Positions 41,051 through 54,593 of a stretch of DNA of 64,000 nucleotides are shown in pieces. Numbering within the stretch: the stretch's first letter is position 1; each line of letters opens with the position of its first letter. The notes beneath the pieces were generated by a model. The model had not been told where the DNA came from. It was given only the letters and a program-made list of their open reading frames with translations, and did no database searches. The position numbers were made by a program, and so were the translations under genes. This stretch comes from Lingula anatina (taxonomy: Eukaryota > Animalia > Brachiopoda). The stretch is taken from positions 7,944,954 to 8,008,953 of the forward strand of contig CM120644.1 of the NCBI GenBank assembly GCA_051362555.1. The letters run 5' to 3'.

Positions 41051-42225
41051 CGTTCATTAAAATACGCTTGCGAGCGAACACAAAACGATCTTGTTTTTTA
41101 GCAATGAGTTGGACAGAAGTGAGAACTGATGATAGTTATGAGGGTACGTTATATCATGGTCCCACGATCCCTGTATGCCCTGTTTGGCCTTTGATCATAT
41201 TTAATCAAACTCTAGATATGGTTCTTGAAAATGTAAATATGTAAGTGAAATAAAGTCAAATAATGCAGTGTGATAAAAAGTACAGTATATTTTTACAGCA
41301 TAGGGCTACATTTAAAAATTGCTGTAGAAGGCATAAATTTGCAAAGTACACTTAAAATTGTCCGCCATTATAATGTCATTTTTGTCATTACATGTAAAAC
41401 CAACTTTAAAACACTCAAGATACGCTCAAGATACATGTAGCCCAAATCTCGCGTTTTATGGTAAAATCGGGCGAGATTCCGCTGAATTTGGTGGAGAATC
41501 GTGTCAGACATAATGCCAGACTGGCGTATGCGTTACGGTAGTAAATAAAAGCTGATAGAGTAGTTTAGGTTATACCCCCCTCCTCCTGGCGTTGAGTAGA
41601 ATAGAAAAAAGCAGGTGATATTACGAGTACGTTGGAAACAATAGGAAGCTTGTTAAACTGTTGAACTGATTGCATTCAGCGAGAATCCCCGCGGAGTTGG
41701 ACTGATCCATGTAGAACGATATTTTCATAGGGAATGAGCCCAGTTTTGTGAAAGACTATAGAGGAATCTGGGTTGAGAGGGCACTGTGGGTTGAAATGTT
41801 AATTAATCTCCAATGGTAACTTATCTCGGAAGTTGACATTTGGATTGTCTTCCTCCCCTGTATAAGTTCAACCGCAATCCCGTCAACTCATTGTTAATAT
41901 TTTATAAGTACAAGGGCTATGAATGACAAAACAGATCAATGCACAAACAACTAAGACGATATGAATGATTCAGTTACATCGATATATAATTTTAAAGATG
42001 TAAAATTGTATGAGATCAACACTGGTCAACACATATTTCTACATCGAGCGCCGTTTCATGCTTTCCACAATACTGTTGCACCTGTGTAATTAATCACATT
42101 GTCCGTTGCACTAACCAATTGATTCATATTCTATAATGATTATTTGGATATCCAAAATATGTATTCCTACAACAAAGGGTCGTTTCAGATAACAGAGGAA
42201 TGGCTTGCGGATTCAGAACAGCGAA

Positions 42226-42376
42226 CTAAGAGATCCGCGGATAAAATAAGGCCAACCCACTTAAATGCTTGTTGCGCAATTCCTGTACATGTATGGAATC
42301 TTTTCAGTGTCTAATCGGGAATTAAGCAGCATACTCTTTAGTGGGTCACCATATTTGATCCGTGGATCTGTTAGTC
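42226..42376. mobile_element. MITE, same family as 23499-23645
   Basis: actaagagatccgcggat...ccatatttgatccgtggatctgttagt inverted ends. Confidence 0.55.
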
Positions 42377-42542
42377 CCCTGTTCTGAATGCGCTCTTAGA
42401 CCACATTTGAGCAGAAAAAAAAAAACTTGCCGCGCCGTGCGCTAATCCGTGTGGAGTCACGAAGCGTAGAAACCGTTTTACGCTGCCTTTTAGATTCTTT
42501 GTAAAAGGCAGCATAGTCTTCCCAGCCTCTGAGAAGACGGGC

Positions 42543-42580
<38 letters not shown>

Positions 42581-43477
42581 GCATATATGCACCTGGGATG
42601 AACTTAGTGTTTAATGTCTGCCGCATTTCATTATAAAAATGCAGTATGACCCTTTCGCAGCTAGCAAAATGATACGCTATTTTTGGTAAAGTTAATCTCA
42701 TTGAATTTCAGCAGCATGTTCAATATTGAAATTAAATATTGAAATTTAAAAGTTTTTATGTTCTTTAGTAAGCAAGTCTGTCCAGGTGAATCTGAAAGTT
42801 GCATTTTAGAGATAAAAGGAAGATTAAGGTAAATTTTAACATCAACGCGCATGAATGAAATAAATTTTATTTTTCGCGTTTATATTTCACCAGGTGTTCA
42901 CTTGTAACTACATTCAAAAACATAAACATATTTTAAATTTGTTATTTTTTCACATTCCTTAGTGACATCGATATCTTCATTTCATCTTTATTTTCATATC
43001 CCATTTTTTATATATAGCAGTGTATATTTCAAAAACAAAGCCTGAATCGTGGCAAAATTGGGCAAACGCTGGCGTTTCGTGGTATCTAAAATCAGTCAAA
43101 TAAAACCGCTCTGTATTTGCAGGGTTCAACAGCTCACCGCCCTCCTCACCTCTCCATAATGTTCGGGGGTTTATTTCAACTTTTCGAAAGCATTTAATCT
43201 ATGTCCGTTATACAAAATCAAACATTAATACCAAGTAAGAAAATGACAGGAAAAAACACAAATAATGTGATATGAAAATATTTTTCAATGGATATATCCT
43301 TAAGTCATTCTAGCACATGTGGCCATAAACACTATTATAAGTTGTTACATGCAATGTGCAATGTCGTGCAATGTCGTGCACAGGGAGGGACGCAAAGTCA
43401 CGCGCATCCCTGCCCCTAAGCTTTGGAAGCACAGTTGCCCCATTGTCCCATTCTTCCTCCCTCTCCCCCCCCCCCCC

Positions 43478-43537
<60 letters not shown>

Positions 43538-43553
43538 GGAATAAAAAGTCTGC

Positions 43554-46500
43554 TTATTCACAAACACATCCCGCGGGATACCCGGTCTTCCGCGGCAGGT
43601 ACTGGTACTTCACCTGCCCTTTGGAGAAAAACGCGGCAGAAAAGGCAACGCACCCATCGCCCACGTTACCTCCATTACTGGCAGGGGTGTAAAACACGGT
43701 CGTAGGTCTGTGTGTCCAATAACACCTTTTCCTGTAACAATACCCGTCAGTCCAGTACATGATGTGAACTGAAATATAGTGAAAGATATTGTTTAGCAGA
43801 TAATTATCTGAAATGATTCTACCTTCATTTATCTTCTTTACAGATCATATCGCAAACCGTAATTAGGGGCGTATTCCCAGACATTTAGATCGACCTATCC
43901 CCGTGGGGAGTCTCACTAGATTAGGCCACACTTTTTTATTTTTATGGATGACATCCTCTGGAGACCCCAAAATCGGTGCGAGCGGGCGAAAAAAACAAAA
44001 AAGGCCAAAAAAAATTGCTTTAGAGAAGTTATGTTTTCAGTACACAGCTGGAAACACTTATTTACCACAGAAACACGTATCAAACTAACAACATGTCTTT
44101 ATCCATGCTCTCAAAATATGGGGGGGGGAATTTTTTTTTTTTTTTTTTTTTGGAGAACGGACGAAAATCGGTGCGCGCGCAGGATGTCATCCATAAAAAT
44201 AAAAAAGTGTGGCCTTACTGTCAGATAATCCGGCTTAAATGTCCGTCCCTCCTACTACAAGCTGTAAGGGGGTAATTAACTTTCGTGCCCGCTCGGCTGA
44301 CAGCTATTTAGCGTGAACCCCCAGGGAGTTAGGTCGATCTAAAGTAGATCGATCTAATCTCTGGGAATGGGGTCTAGGAGTGCTTATGTATGAAATTTCA
44401 TGCAAGGATTATACGTGTATGTACATGTATTTTCTGTTTGGGTTCAGTTTATTTGTAAGGGTCTGCTAGTTTGAAAATACATACTATTAATAATATATTT
44501 CAATAGTAAAAAGCTGAAATTATGGCATACAAATCAATGGCAAATGGGAGCTGTACATGAGTACTGTGGGGTGGTGCGACAAGTTTTCTTAAACAGATAC
44601 GGATATGGCGAAAACTCTGGGGCTTTACTGGGTGCTTTATTGCCATAAAATAAAAAAAGAACTCATTTCCAGTGTTCAACAATAACAATATTCGCTATAA
44701 ATAATTCATATAAGTTTTATTTCTCTTGATTTTATTATACCTTCACAATCCTTTTTGTGCGGTGTACGCTTTTGAATACAAATTATTCTTTTTATTCGAT
44801 TTTGATGCAATACACATCAGTAATTGTAGTCCAAATGGGAGAGTTTGGCATGAAGCATGCTGACCGCTTCACTTTATCAGACTCTTCAGCATGTAAACGG
44901 CTTCCTGGCCAAGGATCAGCGATATTATAGTCTAAAAAATCATGATATCCCTGTATGAATATTTAAGAAAATGTTACGTTCAGAAACCACGGTAAGTGGA
45001 ATCGCCCTTCGAACTGTTCAGTTACCTACCTAGTATCCTAGTTAAGAAAGACGGCGATTTGCAACGCGTTTAAAAATTTTACCGCGGAAAGTTGTCACTG
45101 TCTTCGCTATTCGGATTTTTTTTTCACTTGAGAAAGGCGTCAGTCGTCATAATTTAGCACTAAATTTGCCGATGATTTCTTCCACGTGTTAGGCTGTGAA
45201 ACAAGTTCAATCATGAGGGACCATTCCCACGGATATTTGGATCGATCTATCTCCCTGAGGAGTCTCACTAAATTGCTATCAACTTAACAGGTTTAAATGT
45301 CTTTCACGCATAGTAAAACTGTTAAGGGGTAAGTATCTTTACCCCCTAGATGATTCGGTAGGCGTGACAGACATTTAAGCCGGTTAGGTTGATAACAATT
45401 TAGTGAGACACCCCAGGGAGTTAGACCGATCCAAATGGATCGATCTAGGCATGGGAACCCAGTCTAAAAAGCCCTCGTGACATGTGTAACACAATGAATA
45501 AACAGTGACTGCGCCTAATAACGGAACCAGGGATTCCACAAACGAAAAGCATTAAAATGGGAGAAAAGGGAGATTTTCTTACGATTCGTCGGTGAGAATT
45601 AATGTTACATGATACTTTCAAGTCAGAATAACTCGGAATTAGTGTCATACTTTTCAGAAAAATTTTGCCGGTTCAAAGGACCGATAGCTCACCATTTTCA
45701 TCGGTCCTACCGTATTTAATCGGTCACGACCGCACGGGCGTCAAAGAAATATTATCTGAACCGAGGCCAGTAAAATTTGGAGCTCCACAAGGATCAGTTT
45801 TAGGGCCACTTCTCTTTCTAATCATTTTTGGATATATAAACAGAGACGTGCACGGCTCTTTCACTGTCTTGCTTGGCAGATGATACCCGAGTAGAACATT
45901 CCATCAAAACAGCAGACGTCATAAATCATGCAGTTATAGAAAAGTCTAAATGAAATATGCTCTTGGGCTCAGAGCAATAACATATTCAAATAGGAGATCA
46001 TGAGACAATGGCGAAAGGGACACCATATACTGGTACCTTTCACAGGAATTGTTAAAACTGAAAAACTTAGTTACAGGTCTTGGGGGATCACTAAGAGTAT
46101 TGACTGTACATTGAACATTCAGTCTACATACACTGTACATGTATATCTAAAAAAAAAGTCAAATCAATGAAAGATAAAATAGCTTGTATACTTCGTACCT
46201 TTCAAACACGTGACCAAATACGCTATGGAAATGTTTGGAAATCTTTGGAAATGGTATTACCATAACAACTGAAGCCAGCTTTGGTCTCCGGACAAGGCAG
46301 GAAATGTGCAAATATTACACATTCTACAGAAGTCATACATTAGGAACACCTAAGGTTTAGCTGGTCTCAGCTATTGGCGACAGCTTGAAAAATGTCAGCT
46401 TTACTTTCTAGAGCGAAGAGGGAACGTTTCTTGAACGTGGATGCCGCAAATGTAAGATTGTTACAATTATTCACGCAAAACCATCAATACATAAAATAAG

Positions 46501-48542
46501 GAGGTTCTTTTGCTGTTAAAGCATCCAGTCTTTACAGTGTCTTACCGCTCAAATTAAGAAACACAATCTTGTGTACAGTGGAGCATTTCAAAGATACATT
46601 AAACTAGGTAGCTTCCTTGATAGTACACCAGACCGACGACTGATCTCAGGATACACTAAATACCAGTACAGACAGTGTGAGACAAACAGTCTATTAGATT
46701 GGCTAAGCTCACCCATTAACCCAGCCACTAGGCCTATTGCCTATGCTGGTGGCCACCATTAAGTGGAAAAAAACTTAATGGAAGTTACAAGTGAGAAAGA
46801 AACCTCATTATCGATCATTGCCGTTTTCTGACACGAACCCTATGTTTGAGACCACAAATGCCCAAATTAAAGACTCCAGTCACGGGTTAACTTACCACAA
46901 GCTAATTAACATTTCATTAACATTTCATTTCTTTCTGGAAGGAGTTGTACTGGCCAAATCGTCTCCAGCTTGCAGTTATCTATTCTTCGATTTCTACGGT
47001 CTACGGTACCTTTTCCGTTGTCAAGAGTCCTGTCAAATACTTCCGCGACTTCCACAACCTGATTCTCGCTAAACTGCTATCAACTTAAGCGGCTTACATG
47101 TCTGTCACGCCTACTGAAGCTGCTAAGGGGTAATTAATTATAGTTTAGCAGCTTCTGCAAGCGTGAAACACACCTAACCCGCTTAAGCTAAAAGCGATTT
47201 AGCGAGAAACCCCTTGGATCGATCAAGGCTTGGGAACTCAGTCTTAGAAAACCTTTAATTTCATCTAACATAAGGCAGTCCTCGAGACGCTGAAAAGAGC
47301 ATGGCGTCGAGGAAAAACACATCAGCATCCTAAAAGAGAGACACGGAGGAGGCACAGCGCAAATAGGAACTGGCATTTTTAGCAGGGAATTTAAGATCAT
47401 AATGGGTCCGGAAGGATTACCTAGTTTCTCCAGTAATGTTTACAGCGGCACTGGAAGAGATTTTCATGAGAGTGAACTTCGAAACAGGCATCGAAATCGA
47501 TGGAGAACGACTGAACAGCCCGAGATTCGCAGACGATACCAGTACGTTTGCTGAAAAGGTGAGCAACAACTCAAGAATTTATTCGAGGACCAGAAAAAGG
47601 AAAGATAGAGGTGGAATGATATGCATATATCTCAGGTAAAATAGCCTTGATCAAAATTGTGGAGTATTTTAAAAAACATTCACCCAACCATTCTTCACAT
47701 ACATGTATCTCAGGTTAAAAAATCTTGTTCAAAATTGTGGAGTACTTTCAAAAACATTCACCTACCATTTTTCAAATTAGTCTTTATAAAGTTAAACTCC
47801 TCTGCACTGTTCACCGCCACCAGCTTTTTCCCCATGAGATGACAGCATATCTCCGCTATATCCTGGGTTTTATTCTTGAAGGAGTCGACAAAATAGTACT
47901 CTTTGTTTTGGAATTTAACAAAACGTACGTCGCCGCATCCATATATATCTATTGGGTACAAAATGAAATCAAAGAAACATCAGATTTAACGAAGATACGG
48001 AGATAATTACGCTTTTTTAAACATTCTACAATAAAATAGTCATCGAAAAGAAATAAAAATAATAATTATAATAAAATAATAATAATTATTATTTGATTCA
48101 TACCTTTAAGGGTGTATTTTAGTCTAGTAATATCCGTCACATATTTTGCAAATTGTTGTAACGATGTTTGAAGTTGCCGAACCTGGCTTTTAAGCACTGT
48201 CACTTGGTCAGAAAGTGCAACCTTGTCCGCTTGGAGAGAAGTAACAGTTTGAATATTTTTGTTTACTTTTTGCTGCACGCTGTTAAGATTATTTTTGAAG
48301 TTTTCGTCTGAACGACGTAGATCTTGTACTTCAACTGTTAAATTCTCGTCTTTCAATCTGACAGTGTTCGCTTCGCGACTTAGGACGCCGACCCAAGCTT
48401 TGACCCACGCTGCTAAACCGTCGGTACCGATGTAATTCTTAACGCTTTGAGTTGGAAGGGGGTAGCTGGTACTTGTTACCGCTCCATGTGTGTTTAAAAC
48501 ACTCAAAACTACGTAAAATGAAACAAAAGCTATGAACTTCAT
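43554..48542 (-). CDS. Secreted coiled-coil + C-type lectin-like domain protein, copy 2 (278 aa)
   Basis: Exons 48542-48104, 47948-47766, 43768-43554, phases consistent. Intron 2 is expanded to ~4 kb by transposon relics. Confidence 0.85.
43866..44374. mobile_element. Palindromic MITE (host) interrupted by a second MITE
   Basis: ggggcgtattcccaga...tctgggaatggggtc; matches 54990-55204 once 43924-44217 is removed. Confidence 0.8.
43924..44214. mobile_element. PIF/Harbinger-type MITE, 291 bp
   Basis: Perfect 34-bp TIR ggccacacttttttatttttatggatgacatcct, TTA target-site duplication, empty site ctagaTTActgtcag at ~55040. Confidence 0.9.
45217..45464. mobile_element. Palindromic MITE family copy
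   Basis: gggaccattcccacggatatttggatcgatctatctccctgaggagtctcactaaattg ... caatttagtgagacaccccagggagttagaccgatccaaat. Confidence 0.7.
45680..46760 (+). mobile_element. Decayed LINE (CR1/L2-like) reverse-transcriptase region
   Basis: GAPQGSVLGPLLFLI motif (ORF 45665-45883) followed by a frameshifted ADDT (gcagatgatacc). Multiple stops. Confidence 0.75.
47250..47580 (+). mobile_element. RTE-like LINE reverse-transcriptase fragment
   Basis: SPVMFTAALEEIF...GIEIDGERLNSPRFADD resembles RTE-clade RT motifs. Confidence 0.7.
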
Positions 48543-50504
48543 TGTGAAAAACATTTCGCTGGCGAGAGGACACAAAACGATCTTGCTTCCAGCAAAGACT
48601 ATGACACAAGTGAACACTGCTGTTAGTAATGATGGTGAGATTTTTCATGGTCCCACGACCCCTGTCTGACCTGTCTGGTCTTTGATCTTCTTTAATCAGT
48701 CTCTGGATAAAACTCTTTAAAATGTGGATAAGTTAAAGAAAGTCAAATAATACAGTGTGATAAAAATACAGTACACATTATGCAGTTTACAGCAGGAGAA
48801 AAAGTACAAGTTTTAAAAGTACATTTGTTGGAGAAATCGACTTTAATTGGTAGTAGGCTTTCATTTGTATAACACAATTAAAATTGTTGGTTATACTTAA
48901 GTCATCTTTGTTATTACATGTGAAAACAGCATTAAAACATTGTTATGGGAATACATTTATACGCGTCTTAGGAGGAGAATGGGGTCAGAAATAATAGCAC
49001 ACTAGCGTGGGGGTGCGGCAATGAACAATAGTTGACAGAATTGACAGAATACATCCACGAATATATCTGGTTGTTTTCTGTAAGTTTTGTAGAAATGGTC
49101 ATTTGCACAACTGTACGTATTCACCATGTTTTGCACTTGACTTCTGTATTGCTTACTAAGACGACATTCCCAGCGTTATGGAGATAAGATAGACCAGCTT
49201 AGTCACGATACTCAATCAAATGTGCTCCTCCGAAAAAAAAAAAGTCAATTAAAGGACCTTGTTTTGAAATTATTTGTACAATTCCAGTGTATACAGTTTG
49301 TTATCTTCTCACTGATAGCACCGTTGTCACTAGATTTGACGGTGGGAACGAGGGATACACAAGAGTCCAGGGCAAACATGGAAACATTTGTTAAGCGCAA
49401 TAAGATTTCGACGAAGTTAAAACCCCTTTCTAAACTACGAGTATATAGAAACTAAGAACAGGATTCTTCCAACAAATTGTAGCGATTCAGAAAACGATGA
49501 CACTCCGAGGAGAGGCATCCTTTAAAAGTTGTCTGCTGTAGCGTAGGTTGATTTTTCTGCACAGTGTATACCGACAGAGCATAACAAAAATCTCGAAGTG
49601 GCTTTTTGGACGCAGTGTGCGCTCGATTACAGAATGTGCCTGCCCAGTGTAGCACGCGCACTTAACTGTGGCGGGCGCAGCTCAATCTCTTATGGTGAAG
49701 CTTTGACCTTGTCAGATAGGCTTACTTTAGATGAACTAAAAGATCTGTGCAAAACTGATTCATATTTTTATTGGCCAATCTAATCGTCTTTTAATGAGAA
49801 GGCCGTTTATGAGTGGATTTTTCAAATCCCGCCATTCTTTCTACCCCAGTTCTCTCACTGCATTCCATGTTGCGCAAAAGCACGTCAACATGGTTGACAA
49901 GAAGTGAGGTCTGTCAGAAAATATAAATTTTGGGGTGAATTTATTTCATAGCATTTATCCGATAAGAAATTATTTTCATTGATTCTAAAATATAGAAAAT
50001 ACTGACAGGTGAGTGCAAGGAACTCAAAAGTATTTCCGGAGTATTCTTTTATGATAAATTAGTAAATCAATTTATTTATTCATAGCGGAAAACATGTATA
50101 CAAAGACAATTTCATGACACGAACGTATAATAATAGTAAAGTAATGCAAATCGTGCAAGGTTAATCCGCTACCCGTTTGATGCATTCTCTACATTCTACC
50201 AGTGAGAGATTGTATAGGGAAAAATGGAAAAAGTCGTAGATTGAAGAGAGCGTATTAGAATTGTAAAACACTTTGATTTTGAGAAAAAGAATTCCTATTT
50301 AACAGCAAAAGACCCGGAAGAAAGCTTGCTAAATAATTCGTGCTCTTTTATGTAATGCCCTCGACCATTATCATTATGTTTGAGCCATGAAATCGCGGTT
50401 TGAGTCCTTAATTTAGGGTTCGCCATCCCAAATCCGTGGCTCGAGATCACAAACAGCAGTTATCGTTAATGAGGCCTGCATGTGCAGTTTTGCAGAAAAG
50501 ACAG

Positions 50505-51666
50505 TCATTCACAAATAAACCCCGTATACTCAGTGGTCGTTGTACAGTCCAGCCCCACGTACCCTTGATTCGGCTTATACTGGTATGGTAGGACTAGGCA
50601 CCTCTTTCCCCAGTTATCATTAAGGCTTCCTCCCACTTGAAACGTCACAGGATTATAAAATGAAGATCCTGGACTGTTTTTCCAAGTGCAACTGCTGTTA
50701 ATACACTCTGCGTCCAACCAATAACCACGATCTGAAATATATTTTTCCAGAGTAGATATTTTTGAAAGATGTTTGAAAGAAGGCGTCTTTCTCCAGTACA
50801 AATTTTACTAGAAAGTAAAGTTTTTGCGTACGATAAATTGTTAGAAATGTCATCTTGAAATTATGCCTTAATGAATCAATGGGATAATGTCTGCACAGGT
50901 CAAATATCCCCAGATGAGGATCCAGTAAATCCGTAAGGCGACGAATAATTGTTTTGTTACATGATCACGAACTTTGAAAGCAAGACAAATTTTATGATCA
51001 AGAGTGTGGTGAGTTTAAAATCTGAACCTGTACCGCATCAAACTCTTGATCATGAAATGTGTCTTGCTTTCAAAATATTGTATATTGCCAATAAAAGCTA
51101 AAATTTGCCTGATTTATGGTATTAAATATTTTATGCTCATTATACCCCATCATTCTACAAGTGATCGCCCTCAGAGAAACTGTATAAAGTGTAAATTATC
51201 GCCGCTGCATCAGTTTTAATTAACTTAAAGATGCAAACAAAGTCAATTTTTGTCACAAAAACCAACCAAATGTCAGCATATAGTTTCAAGTAGTATAACT
51301 AAGAGAATTACCAAAAGGCATTGTTTAATTTTACCCGAAAATGATGTTTGAACGGATTTTTCTGCTGGCATTCTAAGCTGTATGTCAATGGGGCAGGAAA
51401 GTAGGTCACGAAAGTATGTTAAATTTACAACCAAAAAATGTAAAGAAAGGGGCAGTCTAAAGGTCTTTTATGGCTGATCGAGTGATCTATTCAGTTTATC
51501 CCTTGGCATGTCGAATTTATTTGAGACATACATGTATAAGAATCTAGTAGAAGTGAGAAGTGGTTTACATGTGTTATTGGAAATCCACGCTACACCGATG
51601 CTCGGTTCGTATGTACCTTTAAGTAAATCTCATGAAGTGAATCTTTAATTGGACGGGTGTGTGTGT

Positions 51667-51697
<31 letters not shown>

Positions 51698-54593
51698 GGG
51701 GGCACAGTTACATCAAGATAGTACAATACAGTGATTAGTGCCGTTCGTTATTGGTTTGTTGATAATGATCTCGCCGCATGATGGCAATACGCACCATCGT
51801 ATTTGTTATCTATTCCACCCGTTTTTTAAGGATTGAGATGTAACAATTTTTCTAATCCTGGATTTAAATATTAGAAATAAAATGTTAAAGAAAGAACAAT
51901 AATTACAGCGTATTTAACTTCTTTAGTTATTCCTAAAATCGTCCAAAGACAGCGCAAACGATAAAATCTCATATTTCCAGGAGACAAAACGCAAAACATA
52001 GATTCTTTTTATTTTTAAATAATTCAACACATTGCGAGGTGCCTAAAGAAAAACCACGGTGCTTTATTTATCTTAGGTTAAAACAAACTTTGAGTAAAAT
52101 AAATAAATTAATAAATAATTAAAAGGGTGTATAATCTGTATACTGTAACCAGTGTTGAAGAACATAGTGAAACGTGTCATTTTTCAATAATCAAAAAGTC
52201 GAGCTGCAAACAACGTCTAGCGTGAAAGATCGACAATTTTTTAAGTTACAAAGCAGATCAATTAAAGTATTTGTCTCCTTATTTTCCCATAATGTGTCCA
52301 ATAAATTGTACTTGTCATTTTTGGGTCTCAAGAGGATGGTGCACTGTAAGAAAATGGTATTACTCTAGGTAGAATAAAGAAAACCTTTGTACACATTATG
52401 GCTAGTGATACGATTTACTTGTTGACACGAACCATGGAATTTATGTATTGCTTTTTGATCTAAGGAAGTTGAAAAACGTTATGCCCTGTTGAAGCTCAAG
52501 TTTAAAATAAGCTTTTAACTAAATTTATAGATTGATTTAATATGTAAAAGGTTCATTACATAGTAAAGCGTGGTGAGGTCGTGGGGGGGGGGGGGGATGG
52601 GGGAAGGTCTGTAGCGTGAGGTTGTGGGTTCGATCCCCAGATCTTTCTGTGGTAAAAATTATACCTCCTAATTTCTGTTCAGCCGTCCTGTTTGACCTGT
52701 GCGCGACTGCTCTCGAGAAATAGGTGAGACAGCCAGAAATACGAACAGCATGTGCGCTGCACTTAGTCGAGTTGCCAAAACGCTAACGCTGCAATGTTAT
52801 TTTCTGTTAACTTTTTTTACAGAACTGCATATTTCACCAGTGTTTTTCTTTACCTTTTATATACCGCTTTGGCCAACATACTATTTTTAATTCATATGGC
52901 TTGTGAGATGTAAAATCAATCGCAATATGCACCTCTGTTTTCATAATAAACAAAATAACAAAATAAACCTGTAGTGGGATTTGAAATGTTTGAAGTTTAC
53001 GTAACAAATTGGCGGCCATCTTGAATCATGGAGTGAAGTGCTCAACGTACAAACAGGTGCAATTGGCAAGAAATGCCAAGCTAAGCTGACTTTCTTACCC
53101 AAACAAATACAATTCTTTCAAAGAATGCATTGGTTCGACTATGGGGCTCTTGTATTGGAAATGTCATCTAAACTACTTTGGGGTTATGTTCTCACAAAGC
53201 ATATAGTTGAATGTCAAATAAGATGATAATGATATTTTAGTTAAGGGTCGTGGCTAACAAAAGAACAGAAAAATCAAAGGCGGAGATGGTTTTAATTTAA
53301 TTAATAATAGAAGAAATATATTATTTTTGCGGCTCTACTTTACCCTCTACTGCATGCTTTGCCGCCATTTTGATTTCTTGAATAGCAGCATCTTGTTGTG
53401 ATGTAGTCTATTATCCTGCTGTGTTCTTCCGACAGTCTATACATTCAACACAGCCACAAATTAAGCTATATCTGGCGACTTTTGATCGTTTTTCTATTTT
53501 TCCTTAACAATTTGCAGGCATTTTGAAAAATGTCCAACGTCTCAGAAGTAGCAACCAAGCTCATTTTACATCTCTAGCCCTAAATAATGCATTTATGTAA
53601 AGACAATAGGAAAGAACATTGCAGGATTTGACTATTGGACCTATGGGAGTGGCAACACGACTTATAGAGGGCAAGAAAGCGATGCAAGAATTACTTGTAG
53701 ATACTTAAGACAGACAAGCATCTCTTTTACAGAACGGTTAATAACCATACACTGATAATTGTTAAAATACTACAGTCAACAATATTGTACTTACAAGCTC
53801 CTCTAGGAATATTTGCCACAATAAAGTTAAACTCCTCAGCGCTGTTCACGGCCAACAGGTTTTTCCGCATAACATGACAGCACGCTCGCGCCGTAGCATG
53901 GGTTGTACCTTTCACAGGGTTGACAAAATGGTACTCTTTGTTTTGGAACGTAACAGACCAGCCCGTGCATTCTGGGTGGAAATCTGTTGGATACAGCATA
54001 AATTAATTAACTGGTCTGTTTCAAAACATACAACCATTTTTAAGATAAAATAAATGTAAGTTACAGATTTACGCTTTCTTCAAAACGTCCTAAATATTGA
54101 ATTCGGCCTATAGAATTATTTACCATTTAATGGAAATAATGGTTTGATTCATACCTCTAAGGATGTTTTGATGTCTATCGACATCCGCCACTGCATTTGC
54201 AAATTGCTGTAACGATGTTTGAAGTTGCTGAACCTGGCGTTCAAGTGCTGTCATCTTGCCAGAAAGTGCCATATTGTCTGCTTGGAGTGAAGTATGAGTT
54301 TGAATTCCATTGTTTACTTTTTGTTTTACGTCCTGAAGAACTATTTCAAAGTTGTTGTCTGAGCTATGTAAGTCTTGTACTTCGGCTGTAAAATTCTCGT
54401 CCTTCATTCTAGCCTTGATCGCCTCGCGGCTTACGACATCGATCCAAGCTTTTGCCCACGCTGCTAAACGGTCAACACTGCTGTCATTCATAACACTTTG
54501 CGTCGAAAGAGGGTAGTCTGAATTTGTAACTGCACCTTGTGTGTATAAAACACTCAAAACCAAGCATAATGAGAAAAAAGATATGGACTTCAT
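50505..54593 (-). CDS. Secreted coiled-coil + C-type lectin-like domain protein, copy 3 (~280-284 aa)
   Basis: Exons 54593-54155, 53983 (or in-frame alternative 53971)-53795, 50731-50505. Phases consistent; ends GFICE-stop. Confidence 0.88.
51229..51618. mobile_element. TTAA-flanked non-autonomous DNA transposon relic (Kolobok-like)
   Basis: TTAA|AGATGCAAAC ... GTATGTACCT|TTAA with imperfect short TIR. Homologous to 33965-34370. Confidence 0.45.

Noticed and set aside
52590-52645. GGTTCGATCCC box B suggesting a tRNA gene
   Set aside because: No cloverleaf or intact box A; probably a decayed SINE head.
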